Translations under genes and position numbers: made by a program
The notes under the pieces: generated by a model
The model's input: only the letters and a program-made list of their open reading frames with translations
What the model was told of the DNA's origin: nothing
Databases searched by the model: none
Shown here: piece by piece, positions 32,722 to 42,784 of the stretch
How the letters are laid out: each line of letters begins with the position of its first letter
Position numbering within the stretch: the stretch's first letter is position 1
Assembly: GCA_027923505.1 (NCBI GenBank)
Contig: BROI01000012.1
Span: 930,001-974,515, forward strand
Direction of reading: 5' to 3'
DNA from: Mayamaea pseudoterrestris
Lineage: Eukaryota
Length of the DNA stretch: 44,515 nucleotides

Positions 32722-35700
32722 ATAAAGCAAGTAGGTTCCTCCAAGTGGTTCCACCACATCAATGTTCCAGATGGGATTTGTATAGTGATACAACCTGGCC
32801 ACCAAGATTCTGAACCTCCTACTGCAATCCGCAGAAGGTGCTTGCCAAGGTCAAAGGCTTGGAACATTGAAAACAGCAGCTATTCTGGCAGTGGCTGTGG
32901 TGTGACTGAGACTGAAACAAGTTGGGTGTTCCATGTGCCAAACACAGCAAAGTTTCAGTTGGGATTTATGTGATGATCCAACCTTGCTAGCATGATTCTG
33001 AGCATGCCATGGCAATCAGGATAAGATGTTTGACAAAGTCAAAGGTTGCGATGTTCCAATTTGGAAGCCAGTCAGTCAGTGGTTATGCGTGAATATAGCA
33101 AGTAGATTCCTCCAAGTGGTTCCACCAGGTCAAAATTTCAGATGGGATTTGTATAGTGATGCAACCGGGCCAGCAAGAATCTGAACCTGCTACTGCAATC
33201 CGCAGAAGGTGCTTGACAAGGGCAAAGGCTTGGAACCTTAAAAACAGCAGCTATTCTGGCAGTGGCTGTGGTGTGACTGAGACTGAAACAAGTAGGGTGT
33301 TCCATGTGCCAAACACAGCAAAGTTGCAGTTGGGATTTATGTAATGATCCAACCTTGCTAGCATGATTCTGAGCATGCCATGGCAATCAGGATAAGATGT
33401 TTGACAAAGTCAAAGGTTGAGATGTTCTAATATGGAAGCCAGTCAGCCAATGGTTATGCACGAATATAGCAAGCAGGGTTCTCCAAGTGGTTCCACCTCG
33501 TCAATGTTTCAGATGGGATCTGCATAGTGATGCAACCTGGCCACCAAGAGTCTGAACCTGCTACTGCAATCCGCAGAAGGTGCTTGACAAGGTCCAAGGC
33601 TTGGTATATTGAAAACAGCAGCAATTCTGGCAGTGGCTGTGGTGTGACTGAGACTGAAACAAGTTGGGTGTTCCATGTGCCAAACACAGCAAAGTTGCAG
33701 TTGGGATTTATGTAATGATCCGACCTTGCTAGCATGATTCTGAGCATGCCATGGCAATCAGGAGAAGATATGGAAGCCAGTCAGCCAGTGGTTATGCGTG
33801 AATATAGCAAGTAGGTTCCTCCAAGTGGTTCCACCAGGTCAAAATTTCAGATGGGATTTGTATAGTGATGCAACCGGGCCAGCAAGAATCTGAACCTGCT
33901 ACTGCAATTTTCAGAAGGTGCTTGACAAGGTCCAAGGCTTGGAACGTTGAAAACAGCAGCTATTCTGGCAGTGGCTGTGGTGTGACTGAGACTGAAACAA
34001 GTAGCGTGTTCCATGTGCCAAACAGCAAGTTGCAGTTGGGATTTATGTGATGATCCAACCTTGCTAGCATGATTCTGAGCATGCCATGGCAATCAGGATA
34101 AGATGTTTGACAAAGTCAAAGGTTGAGATGTTCTAATATGGAAGCCAGTCAGCCAATGGTTATGCACGAATATAGCAAGCAGGGTCCTCCAAGTGGTTCC
34201 ACCTCGTCAATGTTTCAGATGGGATCTGCATAGTGATGCAACCTGGCCACCAAGAGTCTGAACCTGCTACTGCAATCCGCAGAAGGTGCTTGACAAGGTC
34301 CAAGGCTTGGTATATTGAAAACAGCAGCAATTCTGGCAGTGGCTGTGGTGTGACTGAGACTGAAACAAGTTGGGTGTTCCATGTGCCAAACACAGCAAAG
34401 TTGCAGTTGGGATTTATGTAATGATCCAACCATGCTAGCTTGATTCTGAGCATGCCATGGCAATCAGGAGAAGATATGGAAGCCAGTCAGCCAGTGGTTA
34501 TGCATGAATATAGCAAGTAGGTTCCTCCAAGTGGTTCCACCACATCAATGTTTCAGATGGGATTTGTATAGTGATGCAACCTGGCCACCAAGATTCTGAA
34601 CCTGCTACTGCAGAAGGTGCTTGACAAGGTCCAAGGCTTGGAATATTGAAAACAGCAGCTATTCTGGCAGTGGCTGTGGTGTGACTGAGACTGAAACAAG
34701 TAGGGTGTTCCATGTGCCAAACACAGCAAAGTTGCAGTTGGCATTTACGTGATGATCCAACCTTGCTAGCATGATCCTGAGCATGCCATGGCAATCAGGA
34801 TAAGATGTTTGACAAGTCAAAGGTTGAGATGTTCCAATTTGGAAGCTAGTCAGCCAGTGGTTATGCGTGAATATAGCAAGTAGGTTCCTCCAAGTGGTTC
34901 CACCTAGACAATGTTACAGATGGGATTTGTATAGTGATGCAACCTGGCCAACAAGAATCTGAACCTGCTACTGCAATCCACAGAAGGTGCTTCACAAGGT
35001 CCAAGGCTTGGAACTTTGAAAACAGCAGCAATTCTGGCAGTGGCTGTGGTGTGACTGAGACTGAAGCAAGTTGGGTGTTCCATGTGCCAAACACAGCAAA
35101 GTTTCAGTTGGGATTTATGGAATGATCCAACCTTGCTAGCATGATTCTGAGCATGCCATGGCAATCAGGATAAGATGTTTGACAAAGTAAAAGGTTGCAA
35201 TGTTCCAATTTGGAAGCCAGTCAGCCAGTGGTTATGCGTGAATAAAGCAAGTAGGTTCCTCCAAGTGGTTCCACCAGGTCAAAGTTTCAGATGGGATTTG
35301 TATAGTGATGCAACCTGGCCAGCAAGAATCTGAACCTGCTACTGCAATCCGCAGAAGGTGCTTGACAAGGGCAAAGGCTTGGAACCTTAAAAACAGCAGC
35401 TATTCTGGCAGTGGCTGTGGTGGGACTGAGACTGAAACAAGTAGGGTGTTCCATGTGCCAAACACAGCAAAGTTGCAGTTGGGATTTATGTGATGATCCA
35501 ACCTTGCTAGCATGATTCTGAGCATGCCATGGCAATCAGGATAAGATGTTTGACAAGTCAAAGATTGAGATGTTCCAATTTGGAAGCCAGTCAGCCAGTG
35601 GTTATGCACAAATATAGCAAGCAGGTTCCTCCAAGTGGTTCCACCAGGTCAATGTTTCAGATTGGATCTTGTATAGTGATGCAACCTGGCCACCAAGAGT

Positions 35701-37606
35701 CTGAACCTGCTAATGTAATCCGCAGAAGGTGCTTCACAAGGTCCAAGGCTTGAAACTTTGAAAACAGCAGCTATTCTGGCAGTGACTGTGATGTGACTGA
35801 GACTCAAACAAGTAGGGTGTTCCATGTGCCAAACACAGAAAAGTTTCAGTTGGGATTTATGTGATGATCCAACCTTGCTAGCAAGATTTTGAGCATGCCA
35901 TGGCAATCAGGATAAGATGTTTAACAAAGTCAAAGGTTGAGATGTTCCAATTTGGAAGCCAGCCAGCCAGTGGTTATGCATGAATATAGCAAGCAGGGTC
36001 CTCCAAGTGGTTCCACCACATCAATGTTTCAGATGGGATTTGTTTAGTGATGCAACCTGGCCAGCAAGAATCTGAACCTGCTACTGCAATTTGCAGAAGG
36101 TGCTTGACAAGGTCCAAGGCTTGGAACTTTGAAAACAGCAGCTATTCTGGCAGTGGCTGGGGTGTGACTGAGACTGAAACAAGTAGGGTGTTCCATGTGC
36201 CAAACACAGCAAAGTTTCAGTTGGGATTTATGTGATGATCCAACCTTGCTAAAATCATTCTGAGCATGCCATGGCAATCAGGATAAGTTGTTTGACAAAG
36301 TCAAAGGTTGCAATGTTCCAATTTGGAAGCTAGTCAGCCAGTGGTTATGCGTGAATATAGCAAGTAGGGTCCTCCAAGTGGTTCCACCTCGTCAATGTTT
36401 CAGATTGGATCTTGTATAGTGATGCAACCTGGCCACCAAGAGTCTGAACCTGCTACCGTAATCCGCAGAAGGTGCTTGACAAGGTCCAAGGCTTGGATCT
36501 TTGAAAACAGCAGCTATTTTGGCAGTGACTGTGATGTGACTGAGACTCAAACAAGTAGGGTGTTCCATGTGCCAAACAGCAAGTTGCAGTTGGGATTTAT
36601 GTGATGATCCAACCTTGCTAGCATAATTCTGAGCATGCCATGGCAATCAGGATAAGATGTTTTACAAAGTCAAAGGTTGAGATGTTCCAATTTGGAAGCT
36701 AGTCAGCCAGTGGTTATGCGTGAATATGGCAATTAGGGTCCTCCAAGTGGTTCCACCTCGTCAAAGATTCAGATGGGATTTGCATACTGATGCAACCTGG
36801 CCACCAAGAATCTGAACCTGCTACTGCAATCCACAAATAGTGCTTGATAAGGTCCAAGACCTAGAACTTTGAAAACAGCAGCTATTCTGGCAGTGGCTGT
36901 GGTGTGACTGAGACTGAAACAAGTTGGGTGTTCCATGTGCCAAACACCGCAAAGTTTCAGTTGGGATTTATGTGATGATCCAACCTTGCTAGCATGATTC
37001 TGAGCATGCCATGGCAATCAGGATAAGATGTTTGACAAAGTCAAAGGTTGCGATGTTCCAATTTGGAAGCTAGTCAGCCAGTGATTATGTGTGAATATAG
37101 CAAGTAGATTCCTCCAAGTGGTTCCACCACATCAAAAATTCAGATGGGATTTGCATACTGATGCAACCAGGCCAGTAATATTCTGAACCTGCTACTGCAA
37201 TCCACAAAAGGTGCTTGACAAGGTCCAAGACCTAGAACTTTGAAAACAGCAGCTATTCTGGCAGTGGCTGTGGTGTGACTGAGACTGAAACAAGTTGGGT
37301 GTTCCATGTGCCAAACACAGCAAAGTTTCAGTTGGGATTTATGTGATGATCCAACCTTGCTAGCATGATTCTGAGCATGCCATGGCAATCAGGATAAGAT
37401 GTTTGACAAAGTCAAAGGTTGAGATGTTCCAATTTGGAAGCCAGTCAGTCAGTGGTTATGCGTGAATATAGCAAGTAGATTCCTCCAAGTGGTTCTACCG
37501 CATCAAAGTTTCAGATGGGATTTGTATAGTGATGCAACCTGGCCAGCAATATTCTGAACCTGCTACTGAAATCCGCAGAAGGTGCTTGACAAGGTCCAAG
37601 GCTTGG
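32722..37606. repeat. Satellite family A, block 2: about 13 tandem copies of the ~371-bp unit
   Basis: Anchors at about 32767, 33138, 33509, 33847, 34215, 34553, 34916, 35287, 35657, 36029, 36400, 36769, 37140 and 37511 (partial). Same orientation as block 1. Confidence 0.97.
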
Positions 37607-38185
37607 GTGTATACATGGCATGATATATGGGCATGTGAATGTCAAGGCACCTGCAGGTTGAGACTGGTGACAACTTGTCACTAATCACATTGCAGTCTAC
37701 TGAAACACCAGTTAGTCATAACATCTTGTAGCGCAACCTCAATAATGATGTTGGCATTATTCTTCTGGAATTTGGGTGTCTATATGGCTTGATGTATGAG
37801 CATTGCATGTCACAACATCTGCTGGCTGAGACTGGTGACAAGTTGTCACCAATCACATTGCAGTCTACTGAGACACCAACCAGGCATAACATATTGTAGT
37901 GCACTTTGAATAAGGATGTTGGCACCGTTCTGGTGTTTATTGGTCATGGGGATGGCTTTGAGAATGGGCTGCTGAAAGTTGCCGTTGTCATTTGCTGGGA
38001 CTGGTGTGAAGTTTCACCCATGGCATTGCTGCATTGAATGCACCGGACAATCATGACATCTTGTAGAGAAGCCTAAATTAGAATGTTGGCACGTTCTTGT
38101 TTAAGTCAGGCATACTGTATGCTGACTCCTAGAAATCATGGCATCAGCTGTCTGAGACTGCTGGCGAGAAGCTCACACCAATACT
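37603..38185. repeat. Satellite family C, right part: 3-4 increasingly degenerate ~157-169 bp monomers
   Basis: (A/G)GACTG anchor at 37661, 37829, 37998 and 38155, with ACATCTTGTAG...ATGTTGGCA repeated in between. Confidence 0.8.
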
Positions 38186-38230
38186 ATTCTGCTTGCATAA
38201 CTACAACATAATAGTTACTTCCCTTTAATT

Positions 38231-38869
38231 TTATGTATGCAGGTGCTGCATCTTTTGCAGATGTTTGCAATGAGTTTTGTGTTCCGCCCAATCTTTTGCT
38301 TGGCAGGCTACAGAGCAGTATGACGCTACGCGGCACTTGGTGCATTCCAGCATGCTTGTGACAGTCAAAGTTACTTTGCAGCCTTCTGTAACGCACATCT
38401 CCACTTCTTGTACAGAACGCGTCAAATCCATTAATAGATAGAAACAATCACAAGGGGAATGTTCCAAGTAGTACAAGAAAATGTTTCGGTGACTCGTCAG
38501 TCTTGACATTTTGATTTGCCCTGGCTGTTGTTTCTCGTACCCATATTTTGATTCAATGAGAGAGATGAGGAAGGTCATGGCATACAGACGATCACAAACT
38601 AAATCAAGTTCGTCCGCTTTCCCGTACGACGCCTTGATCCATTTCAGTCCAGTGGCAATAATCTTGCGGCGCATAGTGTCACCAAAAATTGACCCGTACT
38701 TTGTTACGACGTCCCCAAAAGTAGCATCACTTCCATGAAGGTATACATAGCGAACAACTTCGTTCATCGCCTCTTTGTAGGGATCAGTTCCATCCGAGAG
38801 CGCTGACTCGTAGCCATGGTGGCAGAAGGAGCTCCACGCCGGGAATGGCAACTTTGTTGCTGACTCCAT
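38231..38869 (-). CDS. MYND-type zinc finger protein
   Basis: C-terminal CVTEGC...CTKCRVASYCSVACQAKDWAEHKTHC, preceded by a PCDC motif as seen in diatom MYND proteins. Confidence 0.85.
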   Translation of the reverse strand: MESATKLPFPAWSSFCHHGYESALSDGTDPYKEAMNEVVRYVYLHGSDATFGDVVTKYGSIFGDTMRRKIIATGLKWIKASYGKADELDLVCDRLYAMTFLISLIESKYGYEKQQPGQIKMSRLTSHRNIFLYYLEHSPCDCFYLLMDLTRSVQEVEMCVTEGCKVTLTVTSMLECTKCRVASYCSVACQAKDWAEHKTHCKHLQKMQHLHT

Positions 38870-40511
38870 GCTTGTGACGGGATTGGCAGAATAAGGGAAA
38901 GGTCAAAAAGCTACTATTAGTGGATTTGCGCACTGCGGTCGTTTCGTCGGCACCCATAGGAATAAATTCGGCAGGCGTAGTTTCAGGGCTTAACCAGCGG
39001 TCCGGAACAAAGCCCTTGCGAATATCCATATTGGAACCATCCTCCTTATACGTCTTCGCGTCTAGCTGATGCGTAAGCGCCACATTGAAATCGACAAGCC
39101 AGTCCTTTGGAATCTGCTTGCCGTCCATGACAATCGTAGAAGTGGCTCGTCGCGGAATACCACCACTTATGGGCCGTATTCGCATCGTCTCCTTGACGAC
39201 CGCTTCCAAGTATGGACACTCCTTGTCAAGCGCTTCCTTGGTGAGCACTTCACCATGAACAGCTTGAACACGTCGTTGTTCCTCCACTAACCTGTTCCAT
39301 GTTTCTCGATGAAGTCCAAGAAACAGCATGGCGTTGGTCAGAGTCGTCGCGGAGGTTTCACTGCCCGCCAGAATCAAAATCAAGGCATTGTCAATAATCT
39401 CTCCTTGCGACAGGGTACGCGTCGGATTTTCCTCATCCTTGGCAAACACCATGCCACTCAAGGTCGACGCGTCGGGTCCATTCGCTTTCAATTTGTCAAT
39501 CTGCTGCTCCACAAGACTCTCCAAATACTTTTTGGCCTTGAACGACGGCGTTTTTTCAACGTTCAAGCCGAGTAGCGCCCTTAGCGAAACAACGCCTCCT
39601 ATCCAATCAGCCACCGCCTTGTGAAAGACTGGAACTTGTTCCGGAGTCAAGTCAAGTCCAAGGATTTGTCGCCACGCCACATCCAACGTAAAGTCCGTGC
39701 AAATGTCTTCCATGACAATCCTATTGCTCAATGTCGAATCTTGGGCCGCTGCAAGCATCTTGGCAACACTTTCCTCCGCCGCCTGCTGCAAGGTACCGAT
39801 ACTTTTAGCGACTGCCGCTGGCGTAATGGCTTGTCCAATGAGTCGCCGCAAAAATTGATGCCGTCCCTTGTCTTGCTCGGATATAATGCTGGCAGCCGCT
39901 CCCAACGAAGTCGACGACGACTGCTGGCGCGTAGCTGTGCGAATGCCATTGGGCTCGAATTCCTTGTTCAGAATCGTCTTGACATTGTCGGCGCCGGCAA
40001 CCACCACGAACGGATTGCCCAGAAAGTAAAACTTCCATAGTTTGCGAGCAGCAGCCGGCAGTTTGGAGGCTTGCTTCAAGTAAAAGGCACCCGCGCCATA
40101 CTCGCGGGATCCCCAAAAGAATGGCATTCCAAAGAATGGACAACCCAAAGATCCGGGTGGAAGTGGTTGCGCATAACTTGCATCGCCCGCACTGTTTGGC
40201 CACAGCAATTGACTCCGTTGACGAAATAAGACGAACAATGTTGCGGTAACGAGCAAAAGAAGTTTGGTGGTGAGTCGAGTCGCCGCAACGTTTGCAATAG
40301 CGGTTCTGGCTAAGGCAGGTAGCATGTCGAGTCGAGTTGGAGAATATTCTTCGCGTCTACAGAGGCCTGGCGTATGCATTGGCTTGCTAGCAGTTGGAGA
40401 CAATTCGCTGGCGATACGCGAAAGGCCTGTTGCTCGAGAAGGAGCCGACGCGAGAAACGCTTCACAGCAAAGAACTGCCGATAGCAAAAAAGCCAAGGAG
40501 AGAATCTTCAT
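38784..40511 (-). pseudogene. Cytochrome P450 truncated before the heme-ligand cysteine
   Basis: Signal peptide (CEA|FL), TM helix, LPPGSLGCPFFG, I-helix AGSETSATT, K-helix ETMR and PDRW are present. Homology stops at FIPMGA (~38949) with no GxRxCxG. The reading frame then runs on into the MYND gene in another frame. Confidence 0.75.
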
Positions 40512-41456
40512 CGCGTTATCTAAACTCAATGAGTTTGACAATCAGCCGCTATCCGACAAAAGTGGCTATAAAACAAGCAGTCCGACGCCAGGATGAGCAA
40601 ACTGGTCGGAGCCTCTGGCGTTTGTGCGAACGGTTGTCGCGCTGGCCGATGACAAGGGCAGAGTGGCTTGATTCTGGCGTCAACGTTCGCCACTTTCTGA
40701 GTCATAGTGAATGTCACAAAATAGCCTCAGTGACAGAAGAGGGTCGCGCGGGCGTCATGCGGTCGTGTTAAAAAACAATTGTTCGGATCACTGTCATGAA
40801 TAAGGCGTAGCCATTGCCTGTCACGCTTGGTCGCCGATCGGCGATATTCTCAGTCTATCAGTAGAATCGAATCCGATTCCTCGTATCGTCGCATGTTGCT
40901 ACAAACTCTTGCGCCGTTAATCATGTACTTTAACAAACTTCGGCGCCATCAATCATAGCCTGCTGGCAATTTAACTGAATGAAGGCTGGCCATTGGCCAA
41001 GGGACCTGAGCCAGCAAGTTTGATGGACACCAGCAAGAGGTACTTTGGAGTTTTTCCTGATAGACACTTATTAAAGCTTTAGTTTATTGTCGCATGATTA
41101 GCTCATTGTAAAGCAAGCACTGCATTTCCTGTTTGTAGTAACATGATGTCACATGGCTTGCCGCTCGACTTCCCAGCCTCGACGGAAGTACTGTCATGCT
41201 GAGGATGGCTTGCTTCGTCGTCGTCACTCTGCCACAATGAATATGACGCTGAACGCAGCGGAAAGAGTTTTGCCAAGTTACACTACCGGTAGTGTATCGG
41301 TAGAAAAATGTGGCTGCTAACTTGGCGATGATGAAGGACCGACATGAATGATGTCGCATCACTACTCAATGTACCACGCGCAACCATTCGATCATTCGAT
41401 CCATCATTACTGTTTCTTCGACAAAACGACCCTCATTCTCCTGTCAACTGTCCACC

Positions 41457-42485
41457 ATGTCCAGCGACGACGACTCGAGCAGCAGCAGTGACAGCAGTAG
41501 CGACAATGACATACAAGAGGCTGGAAATAGTCGAGTAGGAACGAAACGAAGTCGCGACGCTATTCGCAAAAGGCACGACGAGGAAGAGTCGGATTCAGAT
41601 TCTGATTCCGATGACGACCATGACGGCTACGATGATGATATAAATGGAAGTCAAGACGATTCTAGCAATGATGAATATGATCAACAAGATGACAATCTTC
41701 CTATCGCTGAGCGACTCGAGCGCATGGAGCAGCAAGGCATAGACCTTCGTCAAGTTCGCGCCCGTCGCGAATCCGCCAAGCAACGAACGAAACAGAAACT
41801 TGGCAAAACGAGAGACTCCAAGGCCACTACCAAATCGACAAAATCGTTAGAAAAGTCTGCATCTACACCAAAGACGAAACGATCCAAACACGCACCAACG
41901 GAAGCTTCATCCAAACGCTCCGACTTTTACAACCAAAAACCAAACTTCCTCAATGGCCTTGGCATTGACTTGCTTGCCCATCGCTACAAGGCAAGAGATC
42001 CACGAAGATCCAATCTTTCAGCGGGAGCTGCCGTGGATGTGCAACAGTTTGACAAGAATTACGACTTTTTGCTCGAGATGCGTCGCAACGAAATTTCCAA
42101 ATGTAAGCAACAGGTTGCGGCGCGACAAGTGGCCGGCCGCAAGGGACAGCAGCTGCGCAAAAAGCTTGGTTTATCAGGCGATGGTTCATTGGAGGAGGAT
42201 CGCGCCACGCTGAAACATTTGCAGCAGGAACTGGCCGACCATGAGCGACAGCAAGTCAAGCAGGCGGTTCAAGTCCGCGTCAAGCAAAAGTTGGTGGACG
42301 AACGAGGCAGCAACTATCGACCCAAGCGAGCGGAGTTGAAGAAACTGGAATTGGAAGCCAGGTTTGATGAATTGAAGAAACGAGGTGGGAATCGGGCCGT
42401 CAATCAAGCTTTGGAGAAAAAGCGTAAAAAGAACAAGTCGAGAGATGCGGCGCGCATGGGGCCAAAAGAGCAGCAGCAATATTAA
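41457..42485 (+). CDS. RRP36: rRNA biogenesis protein RRP36
   Basis: Acidic N-terminus, KHAPTEASSKR, RDPR, FDKNYDFL.EMR.NE and C-terminal LE.RF.ELK...LEKKRKK. Confidence 0.85.
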   Translation: MSSDDDSSSSSDSSSDNDIQEAGNSRVGTKRSRDAIRKRHDEEESDSDSDSDDDHDGYDDDINGSQDDSSNDEYDQQDDNLPIAERLERMEQQGIDLRQVRARRESAKQRTKQKLGKTRDSKATTKSTKSLEKSASTPKTKRSKHAPTEASSKRSDFYNQKPNFLNGLGIDLLAHRYKARDPRRSNLSAGAAVDVQQFDKNYDFLLEMRRNEISKCKQQVAARQVAGRKGQQLRKKLGLSGDGSLEEDRATLKHLQQELADHERQQVKQAVQVRVKQKLVDERGSNYRPKRAELKKLELEARFDELKKRGGNRAVNQALEKKRKKNKSRDAARMGPKEQQQY

Positions 42486-42784
42486 TGTATTAAAAGATGG
42501 CGTCCACTTAAATCAATATCATTTACAATAGCGCTACACGTTGTATTATTCGAAGGAATTGACTGCCTGCGTCTCTCGCTGCTGGTATTATTACAGCAGC
42601 CTGTGTCAAAAGCGGCACATTGCTTATCGCTGCTGCTACTCCGATCATGCATCGGATCGGTCGAAAGGTAGTCATTGCTTTATTGCTTCGTCGCCTCATT
42701 ATAATACTCGCCGTATTTTTCTAATCGCAAGCTGGAACACACGTAGCTCGCTATAGCAAAAATCACAGATATGTCGAGCAATCG

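Noticed and set aside
24989..37388. Recurrent 82-aa (MPWHAQ...) and 62-aa ORFs in A units, and 66-93 aa ORFs in B units
   Set aside because: They recur only because the DNA is repeated. Several copies have stops or frameshifts, ORFs appear on both strands, and no protein family is recognisable.
24881..37606. 5S rRNA, tRNA or snRNA tandem gene array
   Set aside because: I could not recognise a 5S, tRNA cloverleaf/box A-B or snRNA sequence in either unit. An Rfam/Infernal search would settle it.
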